A stretch of DNA of 64,000 nucleotides. It comes from Lytechinus pictus (Eukaryota). Positions 39,433-52,700 of the stretch are shown piece after piece; position 1 is the stretch's first letter, and each line of letters opens with the position of its first letter. The notes under the pieces are model-generated. The model worked only from the letters and a program-made list of their open reading frames with translations. It ran no database searches and was not told the origin of the DNA. The DNA lies in NCBI RefSeq assembly GCF_037042905.1, contig NC_087251.1:14262001-14326000 (forward strand), given 5' to 3'. The position numbers and the translations under genes were made by a program.

Positions 39433-42400
39433 AACCTCTCTTCACTTCAACCTGCTACTACTCAAACCATATCTACTCAAGCCATATTCAGCTCATCTCA
39501 TCTGGTTTACAGTCCTTTTCAGGACTTCACCCACTTTCAAGAAAAGAGTACCACTCATTTCCTCTTTTCATCCTTTCTTATCTTTCCATTTCAATCTTTC
39601 TGCCTGTATTTCCTTTCCCTTCTTCACATTACACATGGTGAACCGTAAACCTTCTGCACGTTAAATATTTTCTTGCAACACCCCCTTAGTGTGATTTTGA
39701 CCATGTTATTGAAGAATGTATTTTCAATATATGAGTAAAGTTAGTCATAAACAAATGATTCAGGTTCAGATGTCATAAGAATCATGTGCCGTGATTTGCT
39801 ACTGTGAACTATTTATTATACATGTAATGTCAATCAATTCTGTCAGTATACATAAGAATGTTTTCCACATGCTTAATATGTTGCTGTCCTATTGGTTGAG
39901 GTGAATGGTTTGCCCATCAAAAGCAAAGGGGATGTTCTGCTTGTTAACTGATCTTTAAATTAAGTTAATATAAGGTCACAATGGACATCATCTAGGGTAT
40001 TGGCGAAATGATAGTTTACCAGTGAAAATATACTAATGATTATGATGATAATGATTATATCAATGTTTGAAATAATGATAATGAAGATATAGGAATTAAT
40101 ATATGATGACAATAAATGTGAAAAAGTATTCTATAAAGCTTTCTGAAATTCTTCCATTACGATTTGTTTGGCACCAGAATATCATGGCGGTGGGGAAGGG
40201 GGGGGGGGCTTAAAAAGAGTAATGAGATGTTTGAAGACAAGAAAACAACATTCTCAAATTATTTACCCTTTTCACCACAATAATTTATTTCCAACTAATT
40301 TCATGTATAAGAGTACATTGCAATTACCAATGTGTAGTTTACACCATTCAAAATACTTCAATATATCAGTTAAAAGTTTACAATATAAAATCTGAATTCA
40401 ACCTTACAATAGCCAAAAATATATAGTATCTAATTTTCTACAACCATTAAATGTAAGGATGTTAAGTTCATGAAGCTATAGGATTTCATTTCTTAAGATG
40501 AGGTAATTGTTGGCTGTACAACATAATACATTTTGTAGAAAATTTATATTTTTTTATAATGTAATAATGTTTCTCACATTGATCTGTGCCAGTTTGCCTT
40601 CATATTTGTAAATGGTCGAATTGTACAATTTATATTTATCAGATACATAAAATGTACATTATTAGACATTAACTTTTCTTTATAATCTTGCTTAACTTGT
40701 TGTATGAACAAAGCAAGTTTACAAAAAAATATTATTAGCCTTTTTTTAACTCAATAAGTCATTATAATACTAGTGTACAGTGTATGTAATATAATATCAA
40801 GTAACCATTCCAGTTGTTTAATTATAAAAGAAATTACATTTTCTTGTGAAAATATCAGTTAAGATTTAAAAGCTCAACAAATATGGATATTGATTTAATG
40901 CTTCTTTAAATCAAGGCTAAAAATGAGAGTTGTATTTATTAGAGCAAGCAGTATTATATTTCATTTTTGCATGTATAGAATAGAAGGAATCTAGTTTTTA
41001 ATTCATATTTTTTCTAATATTTGTTTATGATGGGTTCAAGATCTGATTGTTAATGGCACATCAAACAGAAATAAAAATATTTCAGTATAGCTTCTTTTTA
41101 AATCGGATAATGGCAATGAATAAAATATGTCTCATGGACCAAATATACAGAAAACTAGAAATATGAATTGAAAAATAAAGTTTAATTTGTAACATACTCC
41201 TTACTGTACATTCATTCTAATGAATATGACAATTGTTTGGCACATCCAATAGCAATTTTTTTTCCCTCATCAGGTTCGATAATTTCAATTTGGTCAGAAT
41301 CAAATTAAATTGTTATATTGTTTCAAGTATATATGCTAAAAACGTACATGACTATGCATTCCTAGATTTCAAAGGATTATTGCTAAAGTATTGAAAATGG
41401 ATCGTCTTCTAAGGCTTATGTTTATTAACATTTAGTCATTTACAATGTATCAATTGCAGTTAAATAGTTTGAAATATCATTCAAACTTTGTTTGAGAATA
41501 TTTACAATCTTGCCTAGCTTGTTTTTGTGAATATTTCATTTAAAAAGTACTAGAACTCATTAAAGTAGCCTTTGAGAGAGGAAAAAAGGTGTGACCTGGA
41601 CCATTTTATTTAAGAGTGTACGTACGATTACAGGAGTGAAGTAAATCATGTTCAAATGATTGAGAATGAATGCCTTGTTAGTTCTGGGAATTTTTTATTT
41701 GAGTGAGCATTTTCTATTTCTTATTTTGACATAATGATTATGCAATATTTCATGCTTTACTTTCATATAACACAGCTTCATCTATCCCTGGAATAGCTGA
41801 AATTATTGGAGTTTTCTCAATGTTTACTATGATATTTGGAAATAACTCATCTTCCTACAATAAAAACTATTGAGATACATGTCCTGGAAATTCTTAAAAT
41901 ACATACATGTATAACCATGCTAATATTTATCATATTTACAAGAAATACCCTTTTCTTTTTTAGATAGTTAACAAGTGTAAAATTAGAAAACTAGAGAGAT
42001 CTATGATGTAATCATATATATAACCTTTACCTGTAGAATGAAAGTAAAATATAAACTTATAGGCAGCAAAGACAAGTATATAAAAAGGCAAGAACAATGA
42101 CCACAATACCAAAAGAAAGAAATAAAGTAGATTACCATTCGACTCCCGAGTTGTATATAATACAAATATGCATCTATGTATAGGCTAATATCTATTTTTT
42201 TTTGCACGTAAAATATTTCTTAAATTTCTATTTACAAACATGAAGATAAACACAGACATGTCAAAGATATGCTTTCTGTGTTTTACATTGTATTCATAGA
42301 GTGGAAATACTTTGGCCCATATTAATTAATATTACTGATCAACTAAAGAACAAAATAATACGAGAATACGGAACTGTTTAAATAATAGGTGCTATAAGAA

Positions 42401-43664
42401 AAAGTACACTTCTTTTCAATATACACACATTGACATATATCATGACATGATATTTAACTGAACTACACAATAAAAAATACTTCTTTGTACTCCATGAATG
42501 TCAGAGCATGTACACAACAATATTAATGATGATAAAAATAAGGAATTTATATAGATATGAAGTGTCATCTGTCTAGCTAAAAATCCATTCCAAGGCGCAC
42601 TATTATCAACAGCCAAAATTTTCTCCCATATATAAAATCTATTCATCTCTAATTTAATATAATGTTTATGTACAATATGTAATCAGGATGTGATTAACCT
42701 TAAGGAGGAGTAATGGTCAATCAGAGAAAGAAAGAAAGGAACAGGGAGAGAGAGAGACAGAAGGGGGAGGTTTACTATTTGAGGTGACATTTAATAATAT
42801 ACAAATAATGCATGCAGCCGAGTGCGTAAGTGAAAATGCAGAGCACGCGACGTTTCTTTAGATAGGTGCCGCACTGTGCATGAGCCGCTGGCGGCGAGTG
42901 CCCAGTGTGCACCATCTGAAGAAACCAAGCTTTCTCTGCATTTACTTTTACACACGACAGAGCAAGTGCATTATTTGTTTTATAAAATAGCAACACAGAA
43001 ACACATTCTTAAAAAGTTAAAGTACACTTTTGTTGGACTTCTACCGCACTGTCTGCTTGAGCATGCAATGTCAATTTTCGTTGCGCACCTTTTGCACTGC
43101 CGTGCACGCACAAAAAAAGTTGGATGTCATGTGACGCGTATTGGCCAATCGCGATGCTTGAAATAATACACCTATTTTATAACGCTAGTTAATCTCACTG
43201 GCACTTCAATAAATGAACACAAATTGGCCAACTTAGCTTCATGTTATTTTTATGTTCACATAATGTGCCTACTTGTTTACTGAACGATGCACATTAAATC
43301 AAGTAAAGAAAAATGGTGAAAATGTGGAAGAAACTAGCAATATTGAAAATATGCATACCTACATCAAATATGTTGCTGCTTTGATGAATTTCTTTCACTT
43401 CCCAGCAGCTGGTTTGTTCTCTACAGATGTTCATTTTTGTTTTTGGAGATTCTTCTCATTAAAATAAAAAGCAACTAAAAATTGTTTGCATGATGGACAC
43501 TGATCTCCATGTCATAGTTATTATTTCCTGTAAATTGGAAAGCGGTTTGAAACTTCTTCAGTTACTGTAAATTTCTTCAGGATATGACATATTGTTTTCC
43601 TTTTTACTCTCTGATGTAGTATTTGCTACCTGGTTGTAGCTCCCAATGAATTAAGATGTTTGTT

Positions 43665-43793
43665 CTAAAGCTTCTCAAACATGGTGTCTTCAATGTACTG
43701 ATATGCTGCAGTCCATGCATCCTGGACCTCACTGCTAAAGACTGACTTCCCAAGGCCTTGCTTCAGCGTGAACATCAGGGCACTCTTGGCAGC
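43665..43793 (-). CDS. Polyglobin terminal exon (G7-H of D10): AAKSALMFTLKQGLGKSVFSSEVQDAWTAAYQYIEDTMFEKL*
   Basis: Acceptor gccag| at 43794-43798 on -, TAG stop at 43665-43667. Confidence 0.92.
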   Translation of the reverse strand, partial: AAKSALMFTLKQGLGKSVFSSEVQDAWTAAYQYIEDTMFEKL

Positions 43794-46700
43794 CTGGCAA
43801 AAAAGGTATATGGAAGAAGGAATTTATTATACTTAGAATACCAATTGAAAATGAAAGTTAATTGTATCCATACACACGGCAAACTGTATTTGTGCTGTTG
43901 AAAATATAAATGACAGAAATTTTAGACTCCGTTGAGGGATACAATTAACCCCAAGAAACCAAATTAATGTTGATATGTTTAGGTATTCATCCACATGGGG
44001 AAATATTTCATGTTGTTTAAAATTCATGTATATTGACTATGATCTTCCTGCTCTTTTTTAAAATTGATGCAAATATTGATTTGTCACCCTAGTCACTTGC
44101 TGTCAAGACAACTTAACTTTACCAAAAGCAATATTCTCATTGCAACATTGATTTTACTGTTAACATATGCCCTTTTGATATGATTCAAATTTCGATTTGT
44201 TTTTACTTTCATTGAGGCTTTGATAATATCAAATATGCAGTCAAGACTTAGGCAAATCAGTAGAAACTTCAAAAGTAATATAATCAGTGCAACATTAAGT
44301 TTTATGGGGTCAGATGCCTTGTCAGTAATGTATGAATTATTATTATCTTACCATGATAATTTTCAATATCTTACTATTATTGATGTTTCTTCACTCATTT
44401 TAAAGTGTAAACCAATTAAACTCAAGAACGATCTTATGAAATTTGTCAAGTTAACTCACCACAAAAAGGTCTTTCGTGACCCCGTAGCCTGAGTGTCTTG
44501 TTGCGAGCTGATGAAGCATCGGAACCAAGAACTCTGGATCCTCTAGGCCACCAACCACTTGACCCATGGTGCTCATAAATCTCTCACCATGACTGATCAC
44601 TTCATTTTCATTTAAGAGCTTGTTGTAGGGATACTTCTTCTTGCCAAAAGAGAAGAGCTTTCCAGCTTTAGGATTGTCGCTGACCAATCTTAAATCAATG
44701 AACATGGAATTGGTTCAGGGTATATCTTTCCCACAAATTCAACGACAAAAATAATATAGAACAAATTGATAGAATTACATCATCTGGTTTGCCATTTTAA
44801 AACGAAAATTTCTTATCCTTATGCATTTGGCCCTCAGAAATCACATTCTTATCATCATAACATTGTCATCAAGCAGTTGTTTCATATCTAAACAAGATCT
44901 CCAGCAATCTAACTTATTTGTGATATTGATGATTACATTTACATAATTATATAGCCTTTACTATGATTCTAATTGATATACAAAACTCTCATTTCTGTTT
45001 CTATTCTACATCCAATCATGCTTAGCTTGAGAATAGAAATTTAGATTGTGTTTGGAGGATATGTGTTGGTGTGTTTTTAGATTGCGTGGATGAGTGTATT
45101 TATGGTAGGAGTGAGGGGGTATGTTTATAACAGATAGCAAGAAAAAGAAACTGAAACAAAAATACCTGAGATTCCATTGCACTATCTATCCTGTAATATC
45201 CTACTGTTACACCCCATCATATAGGAAAGGGCGCTACCTTTTCAATTTGTCATTTATAAGGACTTACTTTGCGAACATGACCGCACCATGCTTGTCAGGA
45301 GCAGAAGCCATTAACTCCCATGTACTCCTAACAAGTTCTCGCTGTTTACTTTTCATCATCTCTGTGCCCGTTGTCTTTCTTCCATCTAGTAGCTTTAAAG
45401 ACATGACATCCACTATCAACTGGAAAAGGACCTCCCAAGCCTGACGAACTTCTTCCGTGAAACCATGGCCAAGTGCATCGCTGATAGCGAATAACAGCGC
45501 TTCTCCCGCATACTGGTTAACACAAAACAAAACAAAAGCACAATTAATGAGTATAATTCTTATTCTTGCCCAAATCTGTTGTTGGTATTTACAGACTGCA
45601 TAGTTTTGAAAGAATCAGAATACATGCAGTATGATAATTTGATAGGAAAAGTAAAGAAAAGAAGCAAGAAAGAAAAGAAACAAATAAAAAGATAGAAAAC
45701 ATTCCTCTCCAATACAGTTGTTTTCAGATGCAATTCACTCATTCAAAAAGATGGAAATAAATAATTTGAGGAGCGGAGGAGGGACAAAGTCTTGTATGAA
45801 AGGTGCTAAGGAAAGGTGGGGTGCAATCCAGAACCTCATTGGTCAACCACTAGATATAAGCATCCACTCACCGGTAGATGTTGCCTTGTGACACCTAATC
45901 CATTATGCCTCTTAGCAAGTTCGTCCAACAGCGGAATGAGAATCTCATGATTCTCAAGATTATCGATGGCACTGCCAACCGTAGCCATGAACTGACGGCC
46001 ATGTTTCCTGACATCATCGTTTTCCAGGAGTTGCTCATAGGTTAGGCCTTTCCCTCCAAATGGAAAGAGGGAGCTGACCAGAGAGTGATCTGATGCTAGC
46101 CTGTATTCAAAACATTTTGAAAAAAGATTTAGAACTAGTTTTCACTTAACTATATCCTGAGGACAGTATTTGGATTGCTTTAGAAATTGTAGGTCAATTT
46201 TCAACCTTGTGGACAAGAGTTACGGTGTATATCAATAAAATTCAAATTAGAATCAATTCTACAAAATACTATCAAAATTTCATCCAATTTATAATTTTAA
46301 CCAATATAAATGATTCGTTAATCAACAATTGGTGTTGGACTACTTTCTTCAGTTTTCATTGGCTGAGAAGTGCAGGTGTCTGACTGTTACTATGGTAACT
46401 GTCCGATAAGGACAACCTGTGATCAGTGCTTACAACTTTAATGATCTAGCAACTTGGATCCATTTTAATGAGACAAATATTCTTTTCCATTACTTGGCAA
46501 AGACGACAGTGCCGTGTTGTTCAGGATTCTGACCTAACACCTTCCATGTTCGTTTCAGGACTTCAATATGGTCAAACGATATGGGTCCTTCAGGAAGAAC
46601 TTCTGACATCATGTCAGAAATGAGTTGGAAGACCACCGACCAAGCATCTTTCACTTTACTGGTGAACGAACTTCCGAGACCTTCTTTAATGGCGTACATC

Positions 46701-49700
46701 AAAGCTTGTCCGGCCGGCTGTAATTTACCAAAAAAGAAAAGAAAATAGTTTTCAGAGTAAACTCACAGAAAATGATAACATTTTGTTAATGTTTGCTGAG
46801 GCACGTAGTTCATAATATTTAGAAAAGGGGAAAGGAAGCAAAATTCTCTCTGTATGGAAAATGATAGAAGAGGAGAAAGGTGGAGAAGAGCAGTGTAGTG
46901 GCTGTTTTTTTTTCAATAGCTACGGTTATATACAAGATCGATGATTCGGGAATGGTCAAAACTCAACCTAAAATATTATTAATGTTTTTAATGTATTATG
47001 TGATAGGGTAGTAGGATCATATTAGTTTTCATTACAACTAGCAAATCTTTGATAAACATAAGTAATGAGTCTGAACCATATGACACGTCTAACACTAAAA
47101 TAGCTAATCTACGTACTTATCACCCTATTGATTTTGAATTCATGCAAGATTGTTCACTTGAGAGTGTGAAAAAGAAACAAACCTCAAAATGCATTTTGGT
47201 GACGTTGTACTGAATATGTCTGAGTGCTAGTTCCTTCAAGACTGTTGCAAGATCGTCTACGTTGTCAAGATTTTCTACGGCGAGGCCGATGGTTTCCATT
47301 ACCTTCGTCCCATGAGCTCGGACTTTCTTGTTGGACAGCAGCTGACTATAGCTCAAGTTTTGATCTCCGTATGGAAACAATCGACCAACGATTGGATTTT
47401 GTGTTGTTAGTCTGTGGTTAATTTGGAAAAATATAGATCTTTGCATTTAGCATTATGAATTTTAAAAATAATTCAACAATATTACCAATGGGAGCAGAAA
47501 GAACAATTATAGCTACCACATAGAAATCTTAAAGTATCATACCTGCCTGAGAACAAATAAATTGAGTACAATTTCAAACAACTTATTTTGGTCCTTAGAT
47601 ATTATGAATAAGGAATGAATTCGATAGAAATTTTGCCAGTTGTGACCCTTCAAAATGTATTTGGGCAAATTTATTAACATTATTGAAGTAAATTTGATAA
47701 TATACACTACATTTATTATTAACTTAATATACATGTTTATGTTTCAATCATATCTAAATTCGCCATCATGGCATTTTGAAAGTTGAAATAAGAAATGGGT
47801 ATTCCATATTTTGATGATTGTAAGGCTGAGCCATTTCTTTTCATTTTTCGCCACACACTTCCCTACTATATAGTAAAGCGGATAAGCCAAACAATTGTGC
47901 AAATTATGACTAAAGCATGAAACTGATATGATAAACATTGATGTTGCCTTGGTAATACTTGAATTTAACGATAAATATCAATGTTCCAAATGGCCTGTTG
48001 CCATAGCAACGGATCATTTACCCAAGAAAAGTACCAGTTTTGATTTAAAAAAGGACTGTATAACATGATTTATCTTTAATTTCCCCTAATTTTACAGTGC
48101 TAAACAAAGATATTTTGGTTGTTAAATGTGTAAATTACATCTAAAGCCATTGTCATGGCAACCAAATAACATCTGATTTGAAAAAAATAACATGGTTGAC
48201 ATGATAATGGACAGATGGCAAATGCAATTTATAACAATTAACTCAAGGTTTGACCCAGTCATTTAATTTAGAACAAAGATTACAGTGTTTCGCATAAGTT
48301 CATTAGAATGATGAAATTTGAGGTTGCCTTGGTAATGCTTGGATTTAATTATAAATATCAATGCTGCATATGGCCCGTTGCCATGGCAACGACTCCTTTT
48401 TTCCCACAACAAAAGTACAAAAATTGATCGAAAAACAGTGTAGAAACTGCATTTTGTCATATAAAATTTCCCCTAATTTTAGGGTGCAAAGCATGGATAA
48501 TTATGTTTGCTGTTGATAGACAAATAACTTAAACCATTGTCATGACTACCAAATAACATCTAATTTCAGTGGCTTAATTTGGTTTCTATGCAATGGTTTT
48601 AAGGGTGAAGTAGTACATTGGGACTAGTTACAAGGACAGCCAGTGGTCTGATGTGTCCAAAACCCTAAGACGGCTTCCAAAAATGGAGTTTGAAATGGCT
48701 GTTGATATATAAATGGACATAGCTCATTTCATATCCGTCTGGGATATATGATTTTGGTGTCTAGACCATGGTTTCAATGGTCAAATAATACACTATGACA
48801 AGTTAAACGGACAGTCAGTTGTCCAGTATATCAAAAAATCCAAGATGGCTTCCAAAAATGGGGTCTAAAATTGTTGTTGCTGCATTAAAAAACGTAGTTT
48901 GTTTAATATCCTGGAATATGTTTATGCCATGGTTAAATGGGTCAAATAATACATTAGGACAATATACAAGGACAGTCAGTGGTCAAGTATGTCCAAAAAT
49001 CCAAGGTGGCTTCCACATATGGAATATAAAATAGTCTTTGTTACTAACAAATGGACATATTTCGTGTAATAAACCATGGTTTTAAAAGTAAGTAAATACA
49101 CCATGTACATTGGAACAAGTTACAAGGACAGTCAGTAATCCAGTATGTCTAAACATCCAAGATGGCTTCCAACAATTGGAGTCTAATCGCAGTCTGTTAC
49201 TTAAAAATTGACATAGTTCATTTAAAATCCACCAAGGAAAAATTATTTTGGTGTTCACACTTTGGTTTCAAGGTTTAAAAAATACCTTTAGACTGGTTAC
49301 AATTATATCCAGTTGTCCCATTTTACCTAAAAAAATCAAGAGGGTTTTCAAAATGGCATCTAAAATGACTTCTATCACTCAAAAATTATCAGAGTTCATA
49401 CAACATCCACCTTTGAGAAACATTTTTGGTGTCTACACTGTGGTATGAAGGGTCCATTATTACATTAGGACAAGTAACAAGGATGGTTAGTTTTCAATTT
49501 TGTCCAAAATCCAAGGTAGATTCTAAAATTACATAAGAATGGGTGCTGTTACCAACTCTTATCTGCTTGCATTTTGAATGTAGGCACCAAAATTACTTCT
49601 CACAACTGGATATTACATCCACTTCAAAGAAACAATCGTCATTTTAGAACCCATTTATGGAAGCAATCTTGGATTCTCAGGCAAAATGGACAATTGTAAC

Positions 49701-52700
49701 CAGTCCCAACGTATCATTTGATCCTTAAAACCCTAGTGTAGACACAAAAATAACATCCCCAGGTGTATTTTTAATGTACTATGTCCACTTTTAAGTAACA
49801 TTAAAACCCCCATTTTTCAAGCCATCTTTGAATTTTTGGACACAATAATGACACCTGACTGTCCTTTCAACTTAACGAAATGTACAGTATTACTTGACCC
49901 TTTAAATACTAGTGTAGACACCAAAACCATATCCCCAGTGTATATCATTAATGAAGTATATGTCCATATTGAAGTAACAACAGTCAATTTAGACCCCATT
50001 TTGGAGGCCATCTTGGATTTTTTAACATACCAGACCACTGATTGTAACTTGTTCTAATGCATTAAAGCATGGTTTTATGATTATGGTTTAGACATTAAAA
50101 TCATATTCTCCAGACAGATATTGAACAAACTATGTCCTAGTTTATTACTTGACTCTTGAAACGATGGTTTAGACACCAGAATCACATCTCACAGGCGGAT
50201 ATAGAATGAGCTATGTCAATTTTTAAGTAACAACAGTCAATTTTAGACCCCATTTTTGTAAGCCATCTTGCCTTTTTTAACATACCAGACCACTGACTGT
50301 CCTTGTTACTTGTCCTAATGCATCACTTGACCATTTAAACTATGGTTTAGACACCAAATCATATTCCCCAGACAGATATTGAACAAACTATGTTTATTTG
50401 TAAGCAACATTAGACATTGTTTTACACCTTTTTTGAAGCCATCTTGGAATTTTGGACATACTAGACCACTGACTTCCGTGTAGCTTGTCCTAATGTATTA
50501 TTGGCCTTTGAAATCGTAGTTTAGACACCAAAATCATATTTCAAAGGTGAATATAAAATGAGCTATTCCACTTTTAAGTATCAGCAGCCATTTTAGAATC
50601 ATTTTTGGAAGCCATATTGGATTTTCGGACATACCTGACTGTCGTTGTAACTTGTATTATATTTTTAGTAATATTTTTCATTAAATTCAAGTATTACCAA
50701 GGCAACATAATTTTATTATTCTAATGAACTCATGCAGAACACTTACTTAAATTTTTGTTCAAAATTAAATGACTGGCCAAACCTTTCGCATATTGAGTTA
50801 TTTATAATTGTATTTTCCACCTGTCCATAATCTTGTTATCCAAATTATTATTTTTTTTGTAAATAAGATATTATTTGGTTGCCATGGCAATAGCTTCAGA
50901 TATTATTTATACATTTTGCATCTAACATATCTATGTTTAGCACACTAAGATTAGGGGAAATGCAAGAAAAATCAGATTCTATAGTCCCCTTTTTAATCAA
51001 AACTGGTACTAAATGATCCGTTGCTATGACAACATGCCATTTGGAACATTGAAATATTTATCGTTGAATTCAAGTATTACCAAGGCAACATCAATGTTTA
51101 TCATTCTAATTAGCTCATGCAGAACACTCACTATATTATTTTCCCCTAAATTAATTGAGTAGGTCAAACCTTAGGCATGTACATTAAGTTCATTTTCATT
51201 GTATTTTTCACCTGTCCATAACCTTGTCATCCATGTTGTTGTTTTTTAAAATTAGATGTTATCTGGTTGCCATGGCAATGGCTTAAGATGTTATATTTAT
51301 AAATTTAGTCACAAACATATCTCGATTAGTACCTTAAAATTGAGGAAAATGGAATGATGATCATACATGTATTATACATTTTTATCAATATTTTCACCTT
51401 TCTAGAGGGAAATAAGCTGTTGCCATGGCAACAGGCCTTGTGAAAAATCGTTTCTTTTAAAACTTAATTCAAGCATTACCAAGGCAACATAATTTTTCAT
51501 CTTTATAAAGAACTCCTGCAGAACACTTTCTGTATTTTTCGTTCAAATGAGGGGGTCAAAACTTAAGCATACAGATTAAGTCGATTCTAATTGTATTTTC
51601 CACCTGTCCATTGTCTTGTCAACCATGTTATTTTTGTAAATTAGATGTTATTTGGTTGCCATGGCAATGGCTTGAGATGTAATTTACACATTTAGCAACC
51701 AAAATATCTTTGTTTAGCACTGTAAAATTAGGGGAAATTAAAGATAAATCATATTCTACAACGTTTTTTTAATCAAAATTTTTATTTTTCTGGGGAAAAA
51801 CAAGCCGTTGGAGAAATTAATCCGTTGCCATGGCAACGGCCGAAAATGGCATTTAAAAATTTACCTCCCATCTTTAAAATAAATCATACGGCATATACTT
51901 ATACTTGTGAAAGTTTCATGCTTTAGTCAAAATTTGCACAATTGTTGTGTTTTTTGAGCTTATCCGCTCTACTATACCCTCTTCTTCCTTTTTTCTCCTT
52001 TTCATTTGATCACTTAATCCATACTGGTAGTCATCTTGTCTTCGTTTAGCTCCCTGAATACTTAGCACTGATTTACTTCCTAAATAATGTCATCCTTCAT
52101 ACCTAGTGACCAAAAGATGCATCATAAGTCGTCCTGAGACGATTGCAATGGATGCATTTACCTTGCAAACATGACAGCACCGTGTTTACCGGGATCTGTA
52201 GATAGAATCCTCCATGATTCTTTCACAAGCCTTTTGGTCTCATCTGTTAGTATGATATGGTCTGGCAAGATTCTTGACATGGTATTGGTGATCACTGTGA
52301 ATACAGCCCTCCAGGCTTCTCCAACTTCTGAAGAAAATTGCTGACCCAATCCCTCCTCGATGGCGTGCATTAATGCTTTTCCAACAGGCTGTACAAAAGA
52401 GGATTTCAAACATCGACAAGAATGAGAATAACCAAATCACCAAAAAAGCCTTAAGGACTGATGTGAAAATCTCTGTTTAGTAAATTTTTATATAATTGAA
52501 ATCATCTTCTTCGTATTTCTACTGCCATTAAGATGAGTTTGTCGCATATAAATTGAACTCTACACCAAAGTTGTCAAGATATTTAGTGAAAATTTAAGAG
52601 AGTAAGTTTTTGACAAATGAAATAAAATTCTGTACAGCCATAGGTAACAATATCAGTATATGTTACAGACTTATTGCATACCAGGAAGATTGATATAGAT

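Larger units (their letters stand above)
39100..39665. mobile_element. Inverted pair of Penelope-like pseudo-LTRs with hammerhead motifs
   Basis: About 270-bp arms in inverted orientation; each carries CTGAAGA...GAA(A/G)CG(T/C)CGAGT. Confidence 0.7.
38863..39686. mobile_element. Harbinger-like MITE interrupted by a palindromic insert
   Basis: GGGGAATTGCAAGAAA ... TTTCTTGCAACACCCC termini. Confidence 0.55.

Noticed and set aside
42795..43190. CpG-richer block as a promoter or RNA gene
   Set aside because: No tRNA/snRNA structure or clear termini recognised; probably an unclassified repeat, but unsupported either way.
26136..51974. Ectopic inversion between the two foldback copies creating a POMT2-globin fusion protein
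   Set aside because: Geometrically possible, but the host introns are phase 1 (POMT2) and phase 2 (globin), so the fusions would be out of frame; no sign that it happened.
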